Positions 1 to 12,200 of a DNA stretch of 64,000 bases are shown piece after piece. Each line of letters begins with the position of its first letter. Position 1 is the stretch's first letter. The stretch is from Lingula anatina. Its lineage: Eukaryota; Animalia; Brachiopoda. Where the stretch lies: contig CM120644.1 in assembly GCA_051362555.1 (NCBI GenBank), positions 3,604,954 to 3,668,953 of the forward strand. The letters run 5' to 3'. A model generated the notes under the pieces. It saw only the letters and a program-made list of their open reading frames with translations. It was not told where the DNA came from and did no database searches. Position numbers and translations under genes: made by a program.

Positions 1-559
1 CATACCAAAGGATAAACCAAATTAACTAATTCGTCAACAAAAAATTAAAAAGGAAGAAAAAAAGCTGAGATTTCTGGTTTAAAATCAGCTAGTATTGGAC
101 CATTTTCCAAAAGATATGCTATTTTTAGCATATATGCAATAAAGATCGATGGCGCGTTAAGTAGAGAGGTAGTGGACCTATTGCCGTCAAACTTATATTA
201 TATATTATTTAAATACAGGTCGAGATCGAAAATTAGCCTAATCTGATTATTTTTCTGGAAGTTATGAAGTTTTGTGTAAAACTTTAATTTTTCTCATTCT
301 GGCAATGTAAATATACGAATCTGAAAGACCTTACCACCATCTGCTGCAAAGAAAATGGCCAACGGTTTTGTCAGTCATCCCTTCACCTTTGAAATACACT
401 GAAGGGGTATCAGACATGAGCAACATTTCAAAGTGGACGCATTTATTGGGATAGCGTTGGTCATCATGCAAGTTGATCAGGTTGGTATCAATATTTGTAA
501 GCAGCCGTCGGACTAAGACCATGACTTAGGGTATTTGCGAACACTTCTTCTGGTGGCTG

Positions 560-920
560 ATCAGACCAATCCTTGTCAGACAGACGCAGCAACAGTTTTC
601 ACAGGCATATGTCGTTTCTGGGACTGCTTGAATTTCCGCCCATCTTTTTTTGCCCTTATTGCATCAAGCACCACTTCAAGTACCTGTACAATCCTCCAGT
701 TATTTCGGTCCTCAGATAGAGAATACCAGCTGTTAGTTGGTCTTTCAATCGCAAGCATATTATGCTTACATACTTCCTGAAATCAGAGCTATTGTCGACC
801 AACAGCTCTAAAGACCATTTTCAGTTCTCCAGACAAGAGGTCATTTGGGATCTGACCGTCCTCTATGCAGTTGGCATGTCCCGGCCACCTCAGCCTGCGT
901 TGTCTTAAAAAAAGTGTACA
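560..920 (-). mobile_element. Degenerate 3' fragment of an RTE-clade LINE ORF2
   Basis: Minus-strand translation LRQRRLRWPGHANCIEDGQIPNDLLSGEL...VGRQ*L*FQEVCKHNM...NSWYSLSEDRNNWR matches the RTE C-terminal motif (RLRWLGHV.RM.DGRIPK.LLYGEL...GRP.LRFKD.CK...W..LA.DR..WR); in-frame stops present. Confidence 0.8.
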
Positions 921-1114
921 TTGATTGAATATCTGCCATCCTAAGAACGCTATTGTTGGTGTTGGTGACGCTATTGCTGGTTCCACGAGATCGAAAGAGT
1001 CCGGTGACTGCACCAGTGAAAGGCGTGCGGGCTATTTTCAAAGACGCAAGATGAAAGCTTTGGTGATAGCATCCTTTCCAATCTTTTTCCAAGCTCTGTA
1101 TCAAATGAAGTATA

Positions 1115-2501
1115 CACACACTGGACAATAGAAGTGTCACCCTCTAACTCAGAGTAATAAAAGTAGGCAGATATTGAGTAGTTATAATGCCTGGTCTACT
1201 TATAATGTGACGAATGAGTATAAAACCGCTATACCATGGAATTGTATTGTTGGTCTTGTACATGTACAGCAAATGTTATTCCTGTCTTCCTCCAATATGG
1301 CAAGATACAGGCAATTATCTAACGGTTATAGGTGCAAGTTATTAACCTGAAGAGGAGGAATATAAGCAATGTCAGAATATCGATACAATTGAATCGTTCA
1401 GTCAGAACCGTGCAGAGGGTCTGGTCTCGGTATAGAAACACTGGATCAAGAGACAAATTGTCTCTGATGGGTCGTCCAAGAAAAACTACTGGCCGTGAAG
1501 ACCGACGACTGATTTTGATGTCCAGGTTGTCAAAGTTCGACACTGCTTGTCAGTTGACAACACAGTGGAACGATTTCACACATAAGAATGTGTCTGTGAA
1601 AATTGCTAGGCGTCGGTTACATGCTCATAGAGTGTACAGCAGGGTAACAAGACTGAAACCTCTTATATCGTTACAAAACAGGCAACGTAGAGTGAACTAG
1701 GGTCAACAGGATCTGGAACTGGACAGTCCATGACAATTGGTCCTAAATATTTTTTTTCCGATGAGTGTCGCTTTGGTCTGACCTCTGATGACAGAAGGGT
1801 ACGATGCTGGCGAACTGCTGGTAAAGCATTTGAACCACATGCACTGAATTTTCGAACCCGGAGCAGCATATTCATCATGATGTGGGGCTGCATCAGCATC
1901 CATGGCGTGGGTGAATTGATAGTGGTTGATGGAAACATGAATCACTAGAAATATATCGATGTTTTGGGGTCAGGCTTGCTACCATCTATTACTAACATGT
2001 TTGGTGACAGGAATTATCCATTTGTTCACCAGGATGACAATGCTCCTTTTCACAGGCCCATAGCAGTTTATGATTGGTTTGACCAACAGGACATTCGCAG
2101 GGTGATGTGGCCTGCCCAGAGTCCGGATGCAAACATAATAGAAATGTGTGGAATGATATGTCAAAACTTTTGACAAATGCCCGTCTAACCAGCAGAGAAT
2201 CTCTGTTATGTTCAGTGCTTCATGCTTGGGCCAGCATAAGCCCTGAACGCATCAGACAATTAGATGAATCCTTGCCTCGTAGACAGGCACCTATTATTAG
2301 GTCACGTGGCTATGCCACTAAGTACTAATTTTGGACTTGAAACTGCATATTTTGGTAGAATGTATATTTTGTTCTCATTTTGTGATTTTTCGTGAAATTT
2401 GATGTTAATAAAATGATACCAGGAGCATATTATTCCACAGTCATTTATCTCCCCCATAGTATTGGTTCGGTAGGGGTGACACTTCTATTGTCCAGTGTGT
2501 G
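1115..2501 (+). mobile_element. Tc1/mariner (Tc1-like) DNA transposon with decayed transposase
   Basis: TIR CACACACTGGACAATAGAAGTGTCACCC at 1115, inverse ending 2501, TA on both sides. Transposase fragments: GRPRKTT linker, FSDECRF, MMWGCIS, QDDNAPFH, WPAQSPDANIIE; broken by stops and frameshifts. Confidence 0.95.
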
Positions 2502-2828
2502 TAGTAGACTCTACATTAAAACGACCATGGCAAAAGTTTTTGTCCTACAGCTATGTCTATGCCAACCTTTATGTAAGGCTGCGTGCGGTTGGAAATGAGC
2601 CAGGTCATGATGTTTGTATCAACAGCATTTTCTACATCTCTAGGGCCCACCTGCCGTAATTTTCTTCACTTGGCTAGTGAGAAAGTATCCATATATACTG
2701 ATTTATATGAACTGATATTGCTTTGGTATAATATTCCAATACCAGGAGACTGAGAATAATTAAGTTTTTGAAATGACCTCTCTACTCAGCCGATGACGCT
2801 GAGAATCCTATATACCTTGATATATGTA

Positions 2829-2831
<3 letters not shown>

Positions 2832-2893
<62 letters not shown>
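2832..2893. repeat. (TA)n microsatellite
   Basis: About 30 TA units. Confidence 0.95.
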
Positions 2894-2900
<7 letters not shown>

Positions 2901-4116
2901 TAAAAACCTACATGTACTGGTAGTTAACGCTACTGTAATGAATTGTCTGGAATAGTTTTCCAAATGAAAACGCACGTGCTATCGAGGCATTTATGTTGAG
3001 CGTCATCCTGAATTTTCGTTGCCATACCATTTTTATATCCTGCAAACATCCGTATTGAATCCATTTATCTTGCAGTGCATTTTATGAGTTTTAACACGTT
3101 TTCTTCAAGGGGGGGGGGGCATTTATTATTGCAGTTTATATTCTGAGGCTATATTGGGATCTGCTGGCCAATCATTGTGACTCATGTGAAACCAACATGT
3201 AAAACCAGCACAAACCAAAATTTCCAGTGTCAGTTTACATTTTTTGGCAAAATGTGTTTGAAAAAATTAACATGTTGCTGTCGCTAGGTTTTGTCCACGC
3301 TCGGCTGTCACCTTGATTGGATAGTAAACGATTGTCGTAAAATCGCTAAATGATATTAAAACCGGGTTCATAAACTTGAAAACCACCTAGGACAACCTTG
3401 GACTACCACATTAATCCAATACAATGCAAAAGTAAACTATAACAAGTGGTTAAAGCCTTCAAACCGAATGTCGTAAAGTCCCCATATACCTCCATAGAGA
3501 CAATAAAATAGAGTAAGCTTGTGAAACAAGAATCCACAATTTTAAACAGAATAATCGAAATAAAATACTGCCGGGCATCGGAGCGGCCTAAAACTTGGCA
3601 CGCTTACCGCAAATACTGCAAGCTACATCACCCCGTCGCTCGTTTGTAAATTCCGTGCGTGGCGTACGCACAATCAAACCGTAAAGCCAAATTCTCGGCG
3701 TGTCGTTTGGGTCGGTCCTGTCCACCATCCAATTCAGGAAATGACGTAACCGCAGAGGTCGCATTGTCCAATGGCATGGCTTCTTTTTCGTAATGGGAGG
3801 TTAGAGTGGACCGAGTTAGAGTATTTTCCTTATTTTTTCTGAAATCGCCGAAGAAATATGCATCCTTACAGAAAAGTATATCAGAAAAAAATGACAATAC
3901 CTCAAAATGAAGATGGAAAAGATGTCGAAGCATGCTCTGCCTCAGTTGGATTAAAGCTTTTTTAATATAAATAAGTGATAAATTTAGTGATATAATTTAA
4001 GATGTTATAAAATCAAAACCTGTGCGCGAGACGTTTCTCGACTCATGGTTGGCAATCAATAAAATATTCGCGGTGCCACAGCCAGGTGACAAGACCCGCA
4101 ACTGCAGTGACATCTA

Positions 4117-4372
4117 CACACACTGGACAATAGAAGTGTCATCCCTACTGAATCTGTACTTTGGGGGAGATAAATGACTGTGGAATGATATGCACCTGGT
4201 ATCATTTTATTAACATCAAATTTCACAAAAAGACCAACAATACAATTCCATGGTACAGCGGTTTTATACTCATTAGTCACATTATAAGTAGACCAGGCAT
4301 TATAACTACTTAAGATCTACCTACTTTGATTAGTCTGATTCAGGGGGTGACACTTCTGTTGTCCATTGTGTG
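4117..4372 (-). mobile_element. 256-bp MITE, internal-deletion derivative of the Tc1 family at 1115-2501
   Basis: Same TIRs and TA TSDs; consists only of the two end segments of the Tc1 element joined together, in inverted orientation, with several substitutions. Confidence 0.92.
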
Positions 4373-6495
4373 TATCTTTGTTTTATAGCAAATAAAATCT
4401 GATTTTAACAGAGAGAATATGAATAAAGTAAAAGGTTACCAGTTCAGTAAAACCAGGGAAGTAGGTAGCTTTCGCCTTGATAGTACCCTAACGTGTACGT
4501 TTGTAAAGCCTCTCTTCTGGTCCTCAAATCAAGTTCGGTCCCTTGGTTCTAAACTGTTTACCAGAGGCTCTGTTCTGGTCCTACACCTGTTAATGTCCAT
4601 CATGACGTGTTCTAACGTGTTCCTTAAACGTGTCCTTGGCTGACTCTATTATGGTCTCCAATATTTGAGGTTTAAAACTTTGAGAGGCTACCAAAAAACG
4701 TACGTAAACTGAATGTTGGAAAGAAATGCATTTCAATTATTTAAATTGTATTATATTTGCTATAATATATTCTCAGATTTTTTAAAGAACACAAAAGTTT
4801 TGCTGCGTGACTACCTTTAGGATGCCTAATACTACTAAAAAGTTTATGGCGTTCTCTGCTTCTTGTTTTCAAGACAGTTACATTCGTGGGTGATTGTGTG
4901 CATGTGTGTGTGTGTGTGGAGTGGGGGTGTACTCACTCGTTCTTTATTCCGTTTTAAGTTAGTATAAGCTCTTATTTTCATATGGACGCGTTTATTCCCG
5001 TGAATTTCCTAAATGTCCACTGTACTGTCAAGAACTATAGTGATTCAGAGCTTATATAGGCACAGTATAATGGATTTTTACTGCATTCGTTTTATAAATC
5101 TATGAATACTGCAATTTATGTAAAGAGCTCCCTATGAAGGATAGTCTAGCTACTTTATTCATTTACGCATTTTGTTTCAGAATTTTTTTTTCAATTTTCA
5201 GGATTTAGGGTATAGGTATGGTCACTATAAAAATACCAAAATGTAGGCGTTTGTGCAAGTAGTAGAAATGGATTATATTATTTTCGAATCAGCGGATCTA
5301 AAATAAACGCGCAATATATTCGTATTTATAGCCTGTTTGACTGCATTTAAATTAAGACGCAAGTGAAGATAATGTGTGTTTGATTGACGGGGCTGGTTTA
5401 GAGATGAGCTGCATACCTTGTTGGTATTTATACCTAGGCTTTCACAAGCTATATATCCCATATCATTCGGATAATGTTCAAGTGATGTTTTGCTACTGGA
5501 TGACAACTTACATGTAGCATCCCAATTGTATTGCTTTAGGAGCGTACAGTGAAGGGAATATCATGAAATCCCAGTGATCTGACCAAAGTAAATTTGAGGG
5601 ACTAATGGTAGAGGAAAGATCCAGTATAACTACGTACCGTAGTATAAGTATGCATACCAATGCAATTTACTGTTACACAACGCCGTTCTCCCTTGGGCAA
5701 AATTAAAGGCTAACATCCCCGTTTCAATTTACCACTTCAAGGGAAAGATTCAGAACAGCGCCAATTCTAATTAGAGCTTTTAAGCAGATTGTTGGAAGAT
5801 TGTGTTAATTCGTTACATCTAAGCTTTGTCAGAGATTAATTTTTGGTTGGGGTTATGGTTTATGTTTAGTTTAGTTTAGTTTATTTCACTGTAACATATG
5901 CATCCACTTGTGTGGATGAAAATGACAATATGAATACAATTTATGTGTCGATTATAATTGGAATGCCTTTGATAATTTTATAACCAAGACTTATGGAATA
6001 AAATACTGTAATTTGCTATGTTTTATAATTATGTGTGAGGACTCGCACCAGACACGGGCATTTAATTTTGGTTGGTCTTTATTACGGGCTTGCATTCGAC
6101 CGGCGGCAGAGTTGTGAATCAATCTACAGTATATTCTATTAAGGTCAAGTGAGTTGAAACAACACTGACTCCTCTCTTGTGTTTGTTTCTTAATTTTTGT
6201 TTGGCAAAGTCTTCAAATGTATGATTTGAAGTATGGAGAACTATTGTGAGTATAAATAGAACCTTTCTGTGGCAAAAAATTAACAGCAGCACTTCTTGGA
6301 AGTCTGATTTTTGAAGTTCAAACTTTTGGACACTAAGGACAAAGAACAATGGAGACCTGAAAGTAGGTCAAGGAGGTGGAAAGCTGACATCACTTGAAAG
6401 TTGAAATGCTGCAAGAACTTGACTTGTATATCTCCTATCTCCTATCTGTTCTGAAACTACGTGGTTGATACAAAATATCTCTACTAGCATCTGAA

Positions 6496-8331
6496 ATGAC
6501 CAAGAAAAAAGGCTACTATGCTGTGGCAAGAGGCTACCAAATTGGTGTCTATAGGACCTGGGAAGAGACTGAAAAGCAAGTTCTAGGCTACTCTGAAAAT
6601 CTGCATCAGGGATACATCTACTACTCAGGTGCCAAAAAGTTCATGACAAAGGCTGGGATTCATTCATTCAAAGTATTCGAAAATGGAAAGGAGTACGATA
6701 ACGAAATTTATGAGAAACTTCTAATGGAGGAAAAAACAAAGAGCACTCTTGACACAAGTGGAGAAAATGGAGAAGCCCAAGAGGATGAGGAAACACGTGC
6801 AAAAACACAAGGTGAAACAAGTGTGAAAGAGCTCTATGAAGAGAAAAGTACTAAACCCAGGCATGAACATGAAGAGACAGAAAGGGCCTTGAGTACCCCC
6901 ATCAAACTACCAAGTAAAAGCACACCTGCGGCAACAACTACACCAAAGCAGACATTCTTGCTTAAGGCTGAATCAGTCAAGCAGAGATGGTCAGATAATT
7001 GGACTGAGAACTTTACTTCAATAAACAATGCCCTTGTCAATTTGGAGGCCAGCCAGACAGAACTCATTAAAGTCTTACAGACAAACAATGAGAGACATAG
7101 TACTGAGAACAAAGAAATGAGAGATACTATCAAGCTACAGGCAGAAAAGATAAACAATCTGAGAGATACTGTCAAGCAACAAACAGAGAAGATAAACAAT
7201 CTCACCCTTCAGAGTAACCTGCTGCAAACAGAGCTGAATGAAATGAAGAAAATTGTAAAAGAGAATGCAGAAAGAATTGAAAAGAAAGAACTTGATGAAA
7301 CACACTCAAACTCACACCAACTCTCACAAAATCATACAAACTGTATGATTACAGATGACTTTCCCAAAAACAAGACTTATGCAGATATGGTAAAGACTAC
7401 CAACACTGAAAGCCAAGCCCTACAGGGGACAAGTACTAGTATGTGGAAATCTACTGGAAAAGTTACTTCCCAAAAACATTCCCTGATACTGTCAGACTCA
7501 ATATTTAGTAGGATGCACGAGACCCGCACAAAAAGTATGCTTGTAGAGCAGCAGTATGTACGTGGTGGGGTAGAAGCAATGATAAAAGCTATCCAAGAAT
7601 GTGATAAAACAGACTTTGACAGTGTTGTGCTACATACAGGGACTAATGATCTGAAATACTTTGCAGATGGCACAATGACACCAGGGATAGCATATGATAA
7701 ACTAGCATCTACAGCTAAGAAGAAGTTTACAAAGGCTTCAATCATCATGTCAAGTATTCTTCCACGGCAAGACAAGAGTTACTATGAAATAAACAATGTC
7801 AACAGGTCAATTGAGAAAGTGTGTGAGAAACAAAAACTGAAATTTCAAAATAATGACCCAGTTGTCTGTTATAACTCTGGAAAAGTGAACAAAAGGATGT
7901 TTCACGACAATGTACACCTAAATGATAGACATGGACTCCCTCGTCTACTACTTCATACCAAACACTCACTAGGTGTGCACAGATCTGGAATTCCTCCTTT
8001 CCATGAAGACAATGACTGCAACACAGCAAATGGGCAGAACATCCCCGTCATCATACAGACCCGCAGAGATGTCAAACCTGTTAATCATACCCAAGACACT
8101 TACCGCCGTCAGACATATGGAGACTCTGGACACTTACTCTCCCCAAAGTCACATCATCAACATAGGAATTGGGGGAAAACCAATGTTTCATGGGGATACA
8201 TACGCAGAAGAGAACCACAGCTATACATCCATGGCAGGCAGCCACGACATGACAGGGATGAGAGACATTGGCCATATAGCAGACAGCAAATCTTCTCAGG
8301 CACTCATTTTGACACTCGCTCCTGGGATTAA
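6496..8331 (+). CDS. LINE ORF1p: N-terminal RNase H1-type hybrid-binding (Cauli_VI/viroplasmin-like) domain, coiled coil, SGNH esterase
   Basis: YYAVARGYQIGVYRTWEETEKQVLGYS resembles the RNase H1 HBD consensus YYAV..G...G.Y.TW.EC...V.GY; heptad-rich middle region; SGNH blocks ILSDSI, VRGG, LHTGTNDL, DNVH. Confidence 0.88.
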   Translation: MTKKKGYYAVARGYQIGVYRTWEETEKQVLGYSENLHQGYIYYSGAKKFMTKAGIHSFKVFENGKEYDNEIYEKLLMEEKTKSTLDTSGENGEAQEDEETRAKTQGETSVKELYEEKSTKPRHEHEETERALSTPIKLPSKSTPAATTTPKQTFLLKAESVKQRWSDNWTENFTSINNALVNLEASQTELIKVLQTNNERHSTENKEMRDTIKLQAEKINNLRDTVKQQTEKINNLTLQSNLLQTELNEMKKIVKENAERIEKKELDETHSNSHQLSQNHTNCMITDDFPKNKTYADMVKTTNTESQALQGTSTSMWKSTGKVTSQKHSLILSDSIFSRMHETRTKSMLVEQQYVRGGVEAMIKAIQECDKTDFDSVVLHTGTNDLKYFADGTMTPGIAYDKLASTAKKKFTKASIIMSSILPRQDKSYYEINNVNRSIEKVCEKQKLKFQNNDPVVCYNSGKVNKRMFHDNVHLNDRHGLPRLLLHTKHSLGVHRSGIPPFHEDNDCNTANGQNIPVIIQTRRDVKPVNHTQDTYRRQTYGDSGHLLSPKSHHQHRNWGKTNVSWGYIRRREPQLYIHGRQPRHDRDERHWPYSRQQIFSGTHFDTRSWD

Positions 8332-8339
8332 ATGAGTAT

Positions 8340-8904
8340 AAATCAACAGGGGAAGACAAGGTAACCAACGAAATGATAAAATCAGGGAAGGATTATCTTA
8401 TAGATGTAATTGTAAAATTGTTCAATATCATATACAAAAGTGCTAAGTACCCATCAATATGGAACAAGGCATATATAGTCCCTATCCACAAATCTGGTGA
8501 TGAATCAAATGTTAACAACTACAGGGGAATATCTATTACAAGCTGCCTCGGAAAGCTGTACAACTCGGTCCTGTTAAACAGAATTCAAGCACACGCATCC
8601 CAACAAGGGGTACCCCTACCTCATCAAACTGGGTTTAAACATGGTCATGGTACTTCAGATAATATCTTTATATTTAAGTCCATTATTACAAAATTTATGA
8701 AAGGAAAGAAAAAATTATTAAATACATAGGAATTGGGGGAAAACCAATGTTTCATGGGGATACATACGCAGAAGAGAACCACAGCTATACATCCATGGCA
8801 GGCAGCCACGACATGACAGGGATGAGAGACATTGGCCATATAGCAGACAGCAAATCTTCTCAGGCACTCATTTTGACACTCGCTCCTGGGATTAAATGAG
8901 TATA
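8340..8904 (+). repeat. Internal rearrangement: copy of an ORF2 segment followed by a second copy of the ORF1 3' end
   Basis: 8340-8718 matches 10791-11169; 8724-8904 matches 8160-8340. Confidence 0.92.
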
Positions 8905-9218
8905 TGTAAACATGGTTGAGAAACAAAGAACTGGAAAAGTATTAAGGATAAGTAATGTGTATAATAAGTATTCCAAATGTCCACGCCATATTCTTATCAA
9001 GTCCAACCAACTCAGTAAGTACAAAATGTTTTAACCAATTATTACTGTAAAAACATAAGTTGTTCAAAACTGAAATTGTTTAAGTTGTTGTAGGTAATCT
9101 TTACATTCATGCATATGTGCACCATTACTATCAGTGTTAAAAATATTTAGTTTATTTCCAAATTAAGTGATGTCAGCAAGGATCCACTGCCTTGTTCATT
9201 AATATCAGTTTTTATATA

Positions 9219-12200
9219 ATGAAAAAAGTACATTCGGATAGCATCAAAGTTGGCTCATGGAACATCCATGGAGTAGGCTGTAAGCTGGAAGATGCTGAAC
9301 TAGTGAGGAAAATTTCTAGTTTTGATATATTAGCTTTAGTGGAGACCTGGTCTGATAATGATAGCAAGATAGAAATTCCAGGCTTTGTATCATACAGTAG
9401 TTGTAGGAAAAAATCAAAGAGAGCCAAGAGAAACTCAGGTGGGATTGTAGCATTTGTTAGAAAATCAGTGACTGCTGGAGTTACCAAGTTAGAAAGCAAG
9501 TGTGAAGATATTCTGATTCTAAAATTGAGCAAATTCTACTTTGGGTTTAGGCGTGATGTCATCCTTGTCACAGTCTACATAAGTCCCCCCAACTCTGTGA
9601 TCAATGAAAATGCAGACCCATATGATAAACTTAAAGCTGAACTTACAACTGTGTCAGCTAACTGTGATATAATTATCCAAGGGGATTTCAATGCCAGAAC
9701 GAAAGTTAACTCAGACTTTATCACAGATGACAGCACAGACTTAACCTTAATTTCTGGGGCCCATTATCTCAGTGATGCATACAACCCACCCCCTCCTAGA
9801 AACTCAATGGACTCCCAAAAATCCAATGCATTTGGTGGAAAGCTGCTAGAGTTATGCAAAGATTGCAATTTAAGAATCTTAAATGGCCGTAAACTAGGTG
9901 ATCTACTTGGCAAATATACTTGTTATCAACCAGCTGGTAACAGCGTTGTTGATTATGTCATCTGTAGTGCCACTTTGTACAGCACCATCCCATACTTTCA
10001 CGTCAATGATCTGTCAATATTTTCTGACCACGCCCTACTTGAACTTAAACTGTACTGCAAAACTACTTACAACAAACATACAAAATCAATTCAGCTGATA
10101 CCAAAGCCAACTAAATTCATTTGGGAAAATAATTCTCATATTAAATTTGTTGAGGCCCTGGGTAACATGGAATCAAAACAAAAGGTTGATTACTTTATGT
10201 CACAAGCTCTCTCTCCTGAAGAGGCATTACCCTTAGTAAATGAAATATTCACAACTGCAGCTGAAAGGGCTCTTAAATCAAGAAAATACACCTCAGTCCA
10301 CCCTCGAAAAAACAAGAAAAGGGCAACATGGTACAGCAATGACTTAAAATCTCTGAGGTCCCACTTAAAAAACTTAGCAAAACTTAGGAGCAAGAAACCC
10401 TTTGACAATTCAGTCAATGCATCATACTACCAAACATTCAATCGTTATAAGAGAGGATGTAAGAAAGCAAAAAAAGAATATAAAAAAGGCCTACTTCAAA
10501 AGTTGCAATCCATGGAAAATGCAAATCCCAAATGTTTCTGGAAAGCGGTTAAAGATTTAAATATGGAGTCTACACAAACTGAATTTATTGAACCAAGTGA
10601 ATTTTATGAGTATTTTAAAAGTCTTTGTGAGGAAACTGAATCAAGTAAACATAACTTTGATAAAGACTTCAAGCTTAAAATAGAAAATAAACTAAGGCAA
10701 AGTGAAATGAATTCTCCAGACAGAACTGCACTTGACCATGACATTAGTGCTGATGAGATCATGAGCAATATAAAAAAATTGAAAAATGGCAAATCAACAG
10801 GGGAAGACAAGGTAACCAACGAAATGATAAAATCAGGGAAGGATTATCTTATAGATGTAATTGTAAAATTGTTCAATATCATATACAAAAGTGCTAAGTA
10901 CCCATCAATATGGAACAAGGCATATATAGTCCCTATCCACAAATCTGGTGATGAATCAAATGTTAACAACTACAGGGGAATATCTATTACAAGCTGCCTC
11001 GGAAAGCTGTACAACTCGGTCCTGTTAAACAGAATTCAAGCACACGCATCCCAACAAGGGGTACCCCTACCTCATCAAACTGGGTTTAAACATGGTCATG
11101 GTACTTCAGATAATATCTTTATATTTAAGTCCATTATTACAAAATTTATGAAAGGAAAGAAAAAATTATACACATGTTTCATTGACTTTTCAAAAGCATT
11201 CGATAGTGTTTGGAGGAACGGACTACTGTTCAAGCTAAGTACTCTAGGAATAAGAGGACTTATGTACAAAAACATTAAAAGCATGTATGAAAACTCCCAA
11301 GCATGTGTTAAGACAAGTAGTGGTATATCCCCGGCCTTTAATACAACACTAGGTGTAAAACAAGGTGACACATTGAGCCCATTTCGTTTTAATATTTTTA
11401 TTGACGACCTTCTTAGATCAATTGATAGCGAAAGTGCTGCAAGTCCAGATATAAATGGAATACCAATACAAGGTTTACTCTATGCTGATGACCTCATCCT
11501 TATGTCCAAGACCCCCAATGGGCTAAGGCAAAGTTTGGAAATAGTAGAAAATTTCTGTAACAAGTGGAGACTGACTGTAAATGTCACCAAAACTAAAGTA
11601 GTTATTTTCAACTCAAAATCAAAAGCTCACAGTGAAAAATTTTTCCTGTATGGAAAACCAATCCAAGAGGTCAACAAATACATGTATCTAGGTCTCCTTC
11701 TAAATCGATCAGGAAGCTTTACAGAAACCAAAAATAATCTCCTACAACGTGCTACAAAGGCATTCTTCAGTCTGTCCAAGTCTCTTCCACTTCAGAGTAA
11801 TGTTAACACATCCTTAAAAGAGAAATTATTTGATACCCTCATTTCCCCAATCCTTACATATTGCTCAGAGATATGGGGCTACTCGGTGTCAACGGATAAC
11901 TGCCCTACAGAAAAGTTGCACTTAAAATTTTGCAAACAAATCCTTGGCCTCCATCAAAACGTATCAAACTATGGTGTATACACTGAACTTGGCCGCCTTC
12001 CCCTCTATACCAAAATACAGTTTGCATCTGTCAAACTATGGTGTAAAATTATTCAAATGTCTGATGCTACACTAATGAAACAAGCATACATACAAGAGAT
12101 AAATAGTTACAAGTTGCTGACACCCTATGTCCCACCCGCAGTCCACACACTCAGACCAGCTTGTATGTCATGGTCTGAGGGTATCCGAAAAATCCTTTTC

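Noticed and set aside
8373-8729. 118-aa third ORF in the LINE
   Set aside because: It is the duplicated ORF2 fragment, not an independent gene.
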